Assembly: GCF_902652985.1 (NCBI RefSeq)
Contig: NC_047022.1
Location: 9,114,001 to 9,178,000 of the forward strand
Reading direction: 5' to 3'
Origin: Pecten maximus
Lineage: Eukaryota
DNA length: 64,000 nucleotides
The notes beneath the pieces were generated by a model. It worked only from the letters and a program-made list of their open reading frames with translations. It made no database searches and was not told the origin of the DNA. The position numbers were made by a program, and so were the translations under genes. The first letter of the stretch is position 1, and every line of letters starts with the position of its first letter. This document shows, piece by piece, positions 40,581 to 53,800 of the stretch.

Positions 40581-41329
40581 TAGTCATCTGACCCTAAACG
40601 TTAATCATAATCAAGTGCAATTTATTCATGACTAGGGATTAATGAGAGCTAGACTCATGACGTAAGGATAAACGTTAAGTGGCACTTAGTGGCTCGTACT
40701 TGTCACGAGCATCAGAATTTGAAAAAAAAATATAGTCACGCTCATAATCATATCACGTCACAATGCTACAATTACATGTTTTTTTTGTAAATGGAGAGAT
40801 AGTTTTAAGATTAAATGGCCAAAATTATTCAGCTAACTGCGGGCGTTTAATAAAGCAGAAAAGTAGACAAAATTACATTTTCTTATTTTGTCTATTTTTA
40901 TCTATGTTATCTACTTAATATAAATCATAACATACATGCAATAAATCTGTACTGCGTTTCAAAATGAAGTCTAAATATTTTTATAGCTGTATAAACAATA
41001 GCGTGAGCACGTAGATATGATTATAATTTATCAATCTTTCCTAAGTTGAGAAAGCTAAATTGGCAACCAGTACTATACCATGCCGGTCCCCTGAATAATA
41101 CTTCTAAACAGATATAGGACGTTCTTCTTCTTCTTAATCGTTGGCAAATTCCGTCAAAAATTACGATTACATCGACAATTTTTTGGCAAAAGGGACGTGG
41201 ACAGGGTTATATATACAGTGATTTGTTTTCTATTATTATATTAGTGCAGATAAGATAAAAAAAGGTAAAAGATTTGTTGATTTAGTGTATGGGGACTTCA
41301 ATGGCTACGTAGTAGATATATGCCTTGAA

Positions 41330-42230
41330 GTCCTCATGTGTAGTGCATTGTACTGCTGCTAAAGGAAGGAGGTTCCACTAGTGTGTTATTGTGTGTGGGG
41401 AAAATGAGTATTTGTATGTGTCCTTCGTAGCAGAGATATGTCTTAATGAGTGTGTGCATGTTTAATTTGTTGAATTTGGTTTGTGTTATGGGGTCCCATA
41501 TAGAAGAGCGGTATTCCAGTTTGGGTCTAACTAGTGCTTTGTTCGCAAGTTCTTTTATGTGTGGTGAGTTAATTTTAAGATTGCGTTTCAGAAAACCTAG
41601 TGATCTGTTTGCATTGGAGGTGATGTTGTTGATGTGTTTGTCCCATTTTACGTTGTTTTGTTGTGTGAGCCCTAAATGTTTGCTCGAGTCTTCTTGTGGG
41701 AGTGTGTGATTGTTAAGAGTGCAATCATGGTGTATTTTGGTTCGTTTAGGTGTTATATTTATGACATTGCATTTGCCTGGGTGAAACTTCATCATCCAAT
41801 CGATTTCCCATTGTGCTGCTGCGTGTAGATCTTCTTGTAGATTTAGTGTGTCTTTCTTGTTTTGAATTGCTTTGTATATGATCCTGTCGTCTGCGAATAG
41901 TCTGAGTGCACTGTGTTATAGACGAGGAAAAGGATAGGTCCCAAACAGGTTCCTTGAAGGACTCCTGATGATACGTGTATTGTGTCGGATGTTTTACCCT
42001 CAAGTACTACTGTTTTGTGTGCGTTGTGAGATAAAGTCTGTGACCCTTGCATGTGTGGTTCCTGTTATGCCGTAATATGCGAGTTTGTACTGCATTTAAC
42101 TGCGTTTATGTGGGATTTGTCAAAAGGTGTGGCAAAGTCCATGATGATGATGTCTATCTGTTTGTTATTCTTGTTGTTTTGTGCGAGGTCGTGTATAAAT
42201 GTGGCGAGCTGAGTTTCGCATGACCTATAC
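41330..42230 (-). mobile_element. Decayed LINE reverse-transcriptase fragment (CR1/L2-like clade)
   Basis: Broken-frame motifs SGVLQGTCLGPILFLVY, MKFHPGKCNVI, WDKHINNITSNANRSLGFLKRNL and LVRPKLEYRSSIWDP. Confidence 0.85.
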
Positions 42231-43124
42231 TATCATTGACTACAATGATCATACTCTTATACGCTGCATGACCTCAGTGTATGACCATATCAAACTGTAC
42301 CACCAGTCATGTGCTTGATCACAGCAAATTGCCGAGACAGTCAGTAGCAATAGACGTGATGCAAAATATGTTTCAGGTATAAACGCACTGTCGTTTATGT
42401 GTTATATTACGGTAAATTGACGAGATGCTCTGTAACAGTATACGTGATGTAAACTAGATGTCAGGTATATACACACGGTCGCCAGTTACCTTTGCTTACA
42501 CACTTCCGGTCAGGTGTGATAGTACGGTGAATAGGCATGCTAGACATGTTGTGCCATTTATTGGGGGCATTTAACGTTACATTTTCGAGCTGGTATAATC
42601 AATCATTATTGATATACTCGAGTGAGTGATGTAGTGCACTTGAGGTCAGACAGAACATTTCTAAGCCGTATTTCAATGGTAATGATCTCAATTGCTGAAT
42701 TGTCAATTTTCCATTCCTAGTTAGAAGCCTCCCTGCTTCCTTTCAAATTATCACGTGTTCAGTGACAGCTGTCGACTACTGACGAAACAATTAACAACCT
42801 GGTTATAGAGATGCTGTTATATAAATACCACGGGGAAGGTCTATGGTCAACTTAAAAATCTGATTAGAACAGATTTTTTCTTATTTCTTTTTTGCGAAAT
42901 GAAGTCGGACGCCTTTGTATTGTTTCAGAACTATTTCAGAAGTCTTTTTTTTCACACTTAATCAACAATTTCATATATGTGTATGTATTTCAGGATATTT
43001 TCTTTTCATGAAATAATTTGCTCTCGGTTTATCGTATTCACTCTTCTTATCATCGCTTGTTTGACCCTACAGGCGAAGAGCCGTTGATGTTTGTTCGTTG
43101 GTACCACAGAATGAGATGACCAAA

Positions 43125-46100
43125 ACTAATGCCCCTTTACATACCTACCACTACACCTAATGCTCCTTTACATACCTACCACTGCACATAATGCTCATTT
43201 ACATACCTACCACTAAGCCTAATGCTCCTTTACATACCTACCACTACACGTAATACTCCTTTACATACCTACCACTACACCTAATGCTCCTTTACATAAC
43301 TACCACTAAACCTAATACTCCTTTACATACCTACCACTACACCTAATACTCCTTTACATAGCTACCACTAAACCTAATACTCCTTTACATACTTACCACT
43401 ACACCTAATACTCCTTTCCATAACTACCACTAAACCTAATACTCCTTTACATACCTACCACTACACCTAATACTCCTTTACATACCTACCACTACACCTA
43501 ATACTCCTTTACATGCAATGGGGGCAGCAGGTACAATTCTTACGCCCTACCTGCAAGGCAAGAGGCGACTAAATTTGGGATCTTATCTTTTCACTTCTTC
43601 CTTAACAACTTTCTTCTTCCTAGCGTCTCCCTTGACACTGCCTCACTTTTGGCCTTTAGTTGAGCGTTCGCCCCTGTGAGGAAGGCTTTGGGTTCTGTTC
43701 CCTAGCCGAGACATACCAGAGTCTTTAAAAATGGTAGTTGCTACTCCTGCTTAGCGCTCAGCATATTTGGAGTGGGACGACTGGTTTGCCCGTTGTCAGT
43801 ATAATGTGACCGGGTGGGGTGTGCTGCTGGGTGTCTTCGGCAGTATGCTTCAGTGAGGTAGCACTTTAAATCGGCAAAAACTCCGGCCTATCACAAGGAG
43901 ACTTTACACGAACATACCGCAGCCTCCCAAAACACACATACGCACTCACCACACACACGCATGTCGCACGCACGGGAGGCCGTCCTTAAATGACCTTAGA
44001 TGTTAATAGGACGCTAAACTAAATAAACCAAACCAAACCAAACCAAACTCCTTTACATACCTACCACTACACCTAATGCTCCTTTCCATACCTACCACTA
44101 AACCTAATACTCCTTTCCATACTTACCACTACACCTAATACTCCTTTACATACTTACCACTACACCTAATACTCCCTTCCATACCTACCACTAAACCTAA
44201 TGCTCCTTTCCATACCTACCACTACACCTAATACTCCTTTACATATCTACCACTACACCTAATGCTCCTTTACATACCTACCACTACACCTAATCCTCCT
44301 TTACCTACCTACCACTACACCTAATGCTCCTTTACATACCTACCACTACACCTAATACTCCTTTGCATACCTACCACTACACCTAATACTCCTTTACATA
44401 CCTACCACAAAACCTAATCCTCCTTTACATACCTACCACTACACCTAATGCTCCTTTGCATACCTACCACTACACCTAATACTCCTTTACATACCTACCA
44501 CTACACCTAATACTCCTTTACATACCTACCACTGCACCTAATGCTCCTTTCCATACCTACCACTACACCTAATGCTCCTTTACATATCTACCACTACACC
44601 TACCACTACACCTAATACTCCTTTACATATCTACCACTACACCTAATGCTCCTTTCCATACCTACCACTACACCTAATACTCCTTTACATATCTACCACT
44701 ACACATAATGCTCCTTTACATACCTACCACTACACCTAATACTCATTTACATACCTATCACTACACCTAATACTCCTTTACATACCTACCACTACACCTA
44801 ATGCTCCTTTCCATACCTACCACTACACCTAATACTCCTTTACATATCTACCACTACACATTATGTTCCTTTACATACCTACCACTACACATAATACTCC
44901 TTTACATACCTACCACTACACCTAATGCTCCTTTACATATCTACCACTACACCTACCACTACACCTAATACTCCTTTACATATCTACCACTACACCTAAT
45001 GCTCCTTTACATACCTACCACTACAATTAATACTCCTTTACATACCTACCACTACACCTAATACTCCTTTACATACCTACCACTACACCTAATACTCCTT
45101 TACATGCCTACCACTACACCTAATCCTCCTTTACCTACCTACCACTACACCTAATGCTCCTTTACATACCTACAACTACACCTAATGCTCCTTTACATAC
45201 CTACCACTACACCTAATACTCCTTTACATACCTACCACTACACCTAATGCTCCTTTACATACCTACCACTACACCTAATACTCCTTTACATACCTACCAC
45301 TACACCTAATACTCCTTTACATACCTACCAATACACCTAATACTCCTTTACATACCTACCACTACACCTAATGCTCCTTTACATACCTACCACTACACCT
45401 AATACTCCTTTACATACCTACCACTACACCTAATACTCCTTTACATACCTACCACTACACCTAATCCTCCTTTACATACCTACCACTACACCTAATGTTT
45501 CTTTCCATACTTACCACTACACCTAATGCTCCTTTACATACCTACCACTACACCTAATACTCCTTTCCATACTTACCACTACACCTAATGCTCCTTTACA
45601 TACCTACCACTACACCTAATGCTCCTTTACATACCTACCACTACACCTAATGCTCCTTTACATACCTACCACTACACCTAATGCTCCTTTCCATACCTAC
45701 CACTACACCTAATGCTCCTTTACATACCTACCACTACACCTAATACTCCTTTACATACTTACCACTAAACCTAATACTCCTTTACATACCTACCACTACA
45801 ATTAATGCTCCTTTACATACCTACCACTACACCTAATGCTCCTTTACATACCTACCACTACACCTAATGCTCCTTTACATACCTACCACTAAACCTAATA
45901 CTCCTTTACATACCTACCACTACACCTAATGCTCCTTTACATACCTACCACTACACCTAATGCTTCTTTCCATACTTACCACTACACCTAATACTCCTTT
46001 ACATACCTACCACTGCAACTAATGCTCCTTTACATACCTACCACTACACCTAATACTCCTTTACATACCTACCACTACACCTAATGCTTCTTTCCATACT

Positions 46101-46455
46101 TACCACTACACCTAATACTCCTTTACATACCTACCACTAAACCTAATGCTCCTTTCCATACCTACCACTACACCTAATACTCCTTTACATACCTACCACT
46201 ACACCTAATGCTTCTTTCCATACCTACCACTACAACTAATGCTCCTTTACATACCTACCACTACACCTAATACTCCTTTTACCTATCACTGCATCTAATG
46301 CTCCTTTACATACCTACCACTACACCTAATACTCCTTTTACCTACCACTGCATCTAATGCTCCTTTACATACCTACCACTACACCTAATACTCCTTTTAC
46401 CTACCACTGCATCTAATGCTCCCTTACATACCTACCACTACACATAATGCTCCTT
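43125..46455. repeat. 31-bp satellite (cctaatactcctttacatacctaccactaca), interrupted by a SINE
   Basis: About 90 tandem units with strong C/A versus G/T strand asymmetry. Confidence 0.97.
43515..44046 (+). mobile_element. Long Meta-type SINE insertion with 12-bp target-site duplication
   Basis: TSD actcctttacat at 43503-43514 and 44047-44058; core aaaaatggtagttgctactcctgcttagcgctcagcat; (AAACC)n tail. Confidence 0.85.
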
Positions 46456-48654
46456 AATGGTAAAACAGGTTGTGAACAGAGTGAGGATTTAACTTAATCT
46501 CTCACTTACTTTTTCATGCTTTTAAAAGTCGAATATTGATGACCTAGATATATACAAATATAGATTATAGCTCGTACACGTAACGTGCAGAAATCGCAGA
46601 CATGCGGTGTAACATTTCTTACAATACAGAACAAAAAACATCCTGAGCACGTGAAAATAACATTGAAATGCATGTTATCAGATGCAACTTGACTAGCCAC
46701 AAAAATCATTGATAACAAAAAGAGGAGATATATTGAAACTGTCCATTTATTATCGACAAGAAAATAATTTGATTTCTGAAAATCTTTAAGTGAAGGTTAA
46801 ATATGTATGTTGCTTGCATGATCAAACATAGTCAAGTGAACCTTACGGAAATTAGTTCTCTTGTCAACTGATACAAACAACGAATATAGATAGCTATTTT
46901 CAAAATCGTTCCGCTTGAATGAACACTAATTATAATGTATATAATGAAGATATGCATGTTCTGGTAAATCATCACTTAAAAACCAGATATTACTAGTAAT
47001 CAGTACTACATATTAACATATAATATGTAGAGAATATTGAATGGTTTCAAGATGAATATACATGAAATATATGTAAATTTCACAAGTATGACAAAATATC
47101 AATTTATTATATCATACGAGTGAAATATTTGTTATATTCAACGGGAAACCATTCAATTTACTCTTATTGAATTTTTAAACTACAAACAAAATTAAAAACA
47201 TCGAAAAATTAATAGTATCAAAAAGTGCGGGAATCAGTAACATAACTCATGACGTCGTCTCTTTGTGACGTTTCTCCACATCAACTTGACGGCGCCATTT
47301 TGAAAGGACCTATCAGCTCAATTTAAGCGTTTTCTGCTGTTATCTGTACATGGAAAACTAGCTTTAGGTTAGTATTTTGTCAAAAACTAGTCTGAATATT
47401 TCAGAAATATAGCAAAATAACCCAGGTATCTCTCTTTGCTTCGATTGGAAAAAAATCGGCAAGTTTCAATGATACAAAGGTTTGCTCTGATAGGTCCAAA
47501 ACGAAAGTCTTACATTTCACTGCAAAATCTTATATTTTCACTACTCATCTCTGCAGTGAAAACAAAGTTTTATCAAAATTTCTATATTCCACTTGTAAAA
47601 ATACAATAAAGGTCAATACCACACTTTATTAAATCTTCAAAAAACACAGTTTTAGCGTTCTAGTAAAAGTCAACGAATCGGTTTTGAGTTTCACCTTTCA
47701 AATATTGTACTCAAATATTAAACATTTAATTACACGGTGCAGAATGACCAAAAACGGGCCAAACGCCGATATTTTCATTGTTGATTTGTTGAATATATCA
47801 ATTATAAAATGCATATTCAGTGGGAGGGGAGAAGGCTTTTCACTCCTGTCATCAGATTGAATGTGGTTTGAAAGAAGGTTTTGAGGAAGTGCTTTTCAGA
47901 ATTTTACACCTGATAATCCAATCTTCAAATTCTGCAGGGACGCCCTTTCAGTTGTTTCCCCCAATGAAACCTACTGCGGGGTTTCTCATGTCTCCTTAAC
48001 AGAGCCATCGGGAAAAGGAACCCCAATCCTACAGTATGTAGTATGATATCGGAATTATTTAAAATTGTGCATTACAATTGAATTTAATAAAAATTTCTTA
48101 GAAAATGAAAATACCCGAATAACGAAAAATTCTCGAATGATACAAATCTTACTGATTAATGAAAAATTCTTGAATAATAAAAATATTATTGAATAATGAA
48201 AAATTCTTGAATACTGAAAAATTCCTGAATATCATATTAATGTTGGAATTTATATGTTAATAAACTATGATTTTTAGACAGAAAATGATTTAGATGAAAA
48301 TACCTTGCTCAACGGCAATTGAAATATAAAATAAAAGTATGTTCATGTAGTAAAAGTAAAACCATTTCAAAGTTACTCATCGAAAACTTGCGCCGTTCAT
48401 TGCGATCTAAACACTGTTACCAAGGTACCAGATGAACAATTTATCTAAAATCAATAAATAAACCCGAAATTGAGTAGGCTTATAAAAGGTTTTGTAATAT
48501 ATATACGTTATATGATATAAGCAATATATATATAAAATCATAAAATAAGTTAATAATTCTCAATAACATAACTGTTAATAAACACTGGTAGAAGTCTACG
48601 TAAGTTTAGCTTCCGGGTCCGCTCTAATCATCAACGTGTCGCTTATGTAAAATA

Positions 48655-48876
48655 TACTGTAAACGTGATTATTTTCGCGGGGTGTTAATTTCGCGATTTC
48701 AATATGTAAACTATACGCGTAGGGGTAATTTTCGCGATCGATTCATTTTCGCTTGTAGTTCAAGATTACGCAAATTGATATCAAAATGATACGCATGGGG
48801 GAAATTTTCATGAAGAAAAGGAGCTCGCGTAATTAGCGTAAATTTGCCCCTCTCGAAAATTTCAACGTTTACAGTA
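48655..48876. mobile_element. MITE, same family as 29483-29703
   Basis: tactgtaaacgtgattattttcgcg...aacgtttacagta; the internal sequence is colinear with the other copy. Confidence 0.75.
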
Positions 48877-49386
48877 TACGAAAGTAAAAGTAGGCACAGT
48901 ATTGTAAGTTAACATACTACTAAAATGAATGATAGTCTCGAATAACTGCATATAGTTTCAAGGACATTGGACAATCGATTGAATAGATAGAGAAAAGACA
49001 TTGGTCATCTAAATATAGTAAATGAAGTCAATTTAGACCTCATGAGTTTAAATACAATTTTGTACAAAGGATGGTAAATGTGAGTACGTGTATAACGCTA
49101 CAGAAATATTGGGTAATGAATGAAGTCAGTAGCGAGAGACCGTTGACAATCTATTCATTGTAAAATTGATATTGATTATGACACCAGTTGGTTGAAATGC
49201 TTCCTTGTACTAGAAATCATGTTTGTAACTAAGTGTATGCAGTTTTTAGATCATGCACGGTGTGGATAAATCGAAAATATAATTTATAATAATCTACACC
49301 ACATCATTGACTCAAGTGGTTGAAACATGATCGCATACAAGAAAATGTGTGAGCAAGTGTTTGAAGCACGAGATGACCAACTTATA

Positions 49387-50875
49387 TCAGATACTAGAAA
49401 ATGTCAGCATTTTCCTTGGGATCAGATTCCAGATTCTTGCTTTCCAGAGTATGGCCATAAAGTAGTCACCTGTCTTGAAATAGTACTGTCTTTTGGTTGT
49501 CTGGATAATTAGAACCCAGGAATCTGAAATAAAAGACAATTTTAAGTGTTTCGACAGACTAAGTTTTAAACATGGAACAACTTATATAAACCAATTCTTG
49601 CTTTTTCGATTTTTTCGTTTTACTGTAAATTCGTTCGCTTTGACATGAAAAACCTATCGAAACTGAATCGAAAAATATATCCTTGTTTCGAGATATAAGA
49701 CGTCAAACTTTATTTCTATCTCTGCCTGACATTACCAAATAATTACAGAAGCCATTCGTGGCAATCATCAGATTAAGAGAGGTGACATCAGAGTCGCTTA
49801 CTAATGTGGACGAGACATATGTGTGGTACTAAATAATTGGCTGTTTTGGGAGGCTGTGGGTTTTTTGCTTGTCTTCATGTCATGATAGCGCGCAACTGTT
49901 TCAAATGTTACAACTCTACCTCACTGAGGCAACTCGCCGAAGACACCCCGCAAAGCAAACTAGTCGTCATACTCCCCAGAATGCTGAGCATTTAGCAAGA
50001 GTGCCGTCTTACAAACACTGGTAGGTGACTCTAACAAGGAACGTGATTGCACCCAAACACTCACCTAAATGCTTAAGTAAGAGCAGTATCAACGGGAAAT
50101 AAGCAAACAGAAACTTGTAGGGAAAGATGAGAAAAGAAAACTGACCTCAATTTAGTCGCCTTTAAAAACCGACGATGTGAGAGCAGATGCGATGCTAATG
50201 TTGTAAGTCAAACATAGGAAATCAATTAAAAGCACACTGGCTTTTAAGGTATCAATATTTGATTTTTATGACAATTTGCAAGTGATCTACTGTTCTGTGT
50301 CAGATGCCAAGATTTTCATTTCCGTTCTTGTTGATATAGCTCTAGCAATGAAGACATTTCATATCAAATCAAGACTAATGTCAAATATTATGCAACAATA
50401 TAACCCGATGAGTCATGTGGCGGATGAACGATTCCTAAATCCCATTGGTCGATGCTACATGCGAATGGGACCCAAACCAAATAAAGAAAACATGAAAGGC
50501 CACATGTGTAAACTTGGATATCGGTGCCGAATGGGATCATTTCCTACTGTCCCAATGCAGCGCGATACAGCAAGACGGTCCTGCATTTCCAGTTTTTTTC
50601 AAACATAAAAGACGCCGGGGAAAGGAAACCCCAGGTCCGTTAGCGTCGCCGAAGACAGGCAAACGTCTACATAATGTCATTGCACATCCCAATAAACTTA
50701 CCTTGTACTAAATCCATATCGACACGAAGGACACGAGAAATGGGACATTTTCTCTTCGGTGACGTTCTGTTTCTGTCAATATCTCTCCATTTTAACTGCG
50801 GTACATTGTTCTCAATGCAGACTCTCAACTCAACCAGGTGGTCCCAACCGTTTGAGGTCTCCTTCACAAATCTTC
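49387..50875 (-). CDS. Last two PKS exons, encoding a PH-like domain
   Basis: 50875-50702 + 49523-49387 splice in phase 1 to give GRFVKETSNGWDHLVELRV...LKW...PKRKCPISRVLRV...DSWVLIIQTTKRQYYFKTGDYFMAILWKARIWNLI...*. Confidence 0.75.
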
Positions 50876-53800
50876 CTATAAAAAGTGAATAGGTAACATG
50901 ATAAGAATAGACTATAATAGTTGAAAATAACAAATTTCAATAGTGGTAAAGTTGAACATATAAAACAGGATGACGTTTCATGGCAAACATGTAGGAAGTG
51001 TAAAGAGAAATATGATATTAAGAAGGAAACTATTGTGAAATAACAGAAAATATCTCAAGTTCAGGTGCATCAGACGGACAATACTTGGGGTACAGCAAAC
51101 AAAACTATCTTCCAAAAAGTAGAATGTCTTTTTGTTGGCATGGTAGTTAAAAGTAAACCTGAAATTGTAGGGATCTTGTAGAGACTATGTTTTGTTTCCT
51201 TATTTTCATTTAACACCCATTTCAACTAAACATACATATAAACATATTTCGCATTCATGCTTTTTAGTAATTTTTGGCGTTTTCTGTAATGGTCCGAAGC
51301 ACATTAGCTCCAATATTCTTTTTATATATGCAAACTTGAACGAATTGTTTATCTGTTAATATGAAATATCAGTTGTTTTCAGGAAAAAAAAAAAAACATG
51401 ACCCGATACCCTGCATGCATAGTATGTATTTACCTGATAACAGTTGTGGATCCACTCCGTCCACAGCCTCGGCTGGAGAGCACCGTAAGGGAATGTTGTC
51501 AAGACTTATATCAGAATTCAAGGCATTTACACAGGCCAGTAACAGAAGATCTTCAAGCATATTGTTTGCTGTAGACAAGCTTACGATGGTTGGGTCGTAA
51601 CTTAATACGAAGTCCATCGATCCTGTCTGGGTATCCGTGACGATATTTAAAGCTGTTTCAATGTGGTTCAGAAAGCCAGTGTTATATCCGGAGTGTTTCA
51701 TAGTATGGTTTGGGTACTTCTCGTGTTTGAATGTTTGATTTGATACATATCTGACATTAAAGAAATGGCGAAAAGCGTTGGCCGCATCAGGATTGTTCTG
51801 TTTGATGAGTAGAAAAGGGTACAGACTGTGCGTGCTTGCAAGAGTCATTTGACTTGCACAGATTCTGATACAATCTCCAAGTGTAGCGGGTGTATCGCTA
51901 AACGCTGTTACGATCGGGATATAGTTGGTACCAAGAAATACCATGCTGGTAAACTCTGGTAAGTGTCGTCGCATGTCCACTGTCAGTACAACGGGAGTGA
52001 CAGGTTGACGCGTCATCTTGTGGAGAAGAATTTGGTAGAGACAGAAGACTAGGGTAGGTCCTGTTACACCTTTGTCGTTCTGATTAATTTTGTCTACTAA
52101 CTCTCTTGGAAGGCGAATCGATATCTGTTCCGTCTTTCCAGACAGAGGAACCAATGACTCAGACTTGACGAGAGACGGCACAGTATGAATTCTATCAAGC
52201 TCCCCTTTCCAGAACTCCTGGAGATAAAACCTCTCACCATCAAGACGTTCTTCCATCAGATATGTTACATCAGGGACATCTGCAGTTTCTAAGTTGGTAC
52301 CCGTTCCCATCAGGTATGTCTGTAAGTCCGCCTGGAACTGCGGTATCAGCGTGAAGAAGCTTTGTAAGTCAAATGTGATGTGGCTCATGACAAACCTGAT
52401 GTGATGTTTCCTACCTGTATTGCCATAAATCAACCGCAACGGCGGGTCTGTGGTGATGTCGAATGTGCAGTACTTGACCATATCCTCGTCTGTCCAACCC
52501 TTTTTAATCACAACGGAATCAACCACTCGGAAATCAACTTGGGCATCCTCTGGATCCAAAACATGCTTTTTGATACCGAATCTAAATCGTTCCTTAGTAG
52601 GATGGTACAAAGTCCTAAGTTCTTTATTTCTGATTGTTGCCCATCGCAGGACAGTACGCCAAAGTTCGATATTCGATAGACCGGTTCCCAGTTTGAAATC
52701 TATACTGAACCAAAGACTAGAGTCAACGGGAGAGTCTTCATGCATGTCGATGTAGAATTTTTGCATCCATGTTGGTGATTCACGTATGTCCTCCTTTATT
52801 TCCGAATTGTCATTAGTATTATTATCGATGATGTTTGAATGTACAAAGTCGATAATCATGCCGATAGTATAGTTAGGAGACAGGATGTAAGCAACCGGAA
52901 GTCGACAGCCTGTAGCCTCATGTACAATCTGGATCAATTCCACAGATTTTTGGGACTCCATACCTAGTTCAAGAAGGTTTTGATTTTCTTCCAAGTAATT
53001 TTCATCTAAAGATAACACCGTAGAGAAACACTTTAATAATAAATTAACAAGTGTCTTCCTCTGTTGCTCATGTGATGTCGATTTGAATTCAGCAATGTTA
53101 AGAACAGTGTTAATTTCGCGCCTTCGAATTGCCGACTGATTGAAAATGGTGCTCTCTTCTTGCTTGTCAACGATAGAGGTCCGTATAATAGAAGGGTTTT
53201 TACCGACTACGCTCCAGTCAAACAAACCAAATATGGATTGACATGGATTTCGAGTCAGGCAATCCATAAGGCATTCTTTGATTTTGTCTGTTTCAAGCAG
53301 ATAATGCCCCTGTGCTTCTAGGTTGTTTCTGATGTTCTCATCACTCGCCATTCCCACCGCCAATGCGCCCCAGTTGATCGTCTGTCCAGGTAGGTTGTTG
53401 GCTCTTCTGTAAAAGGCAAAGGCATCCATGAATGAGTTCGCAGCTCCATAATTAGTCTGTCCAGCATTTCCAAAGACAGATGTTGTTGAGGAATGCATGA
53501 CAAAGAAATCCAATTTTAATTCTTTAGAGATAAGGTGTAGGTTCCAGGATCCAAGAACTTTTGGCGCTAAGACTTCTTTGAACTTTTCAATTGTCATGGT
53601 TTCAATACGAGCATCTCTTAGCACTCCAGCTCCCTGGAATATACCTTTGACTGGATGATTTGGAAATTTTAACTTGATTGCAGAAAATACATTTTCCACA
53701 TCAACAAAATTCGCAACATTGCAAGTCATTGGCACAATTTTGTACTTGTGTATATCCATTGCATTTTGGAGTTGATCTTTCATCTGTGGATTGACACCTC

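Noticed and set aside
51369-51433. PKS C-terminus as given by the ORF track (…KYILCMQGIGSCFFFFPENN)
   Set aside because: Read-through into an intron; a donor at 51433 splices in frame to further exons.
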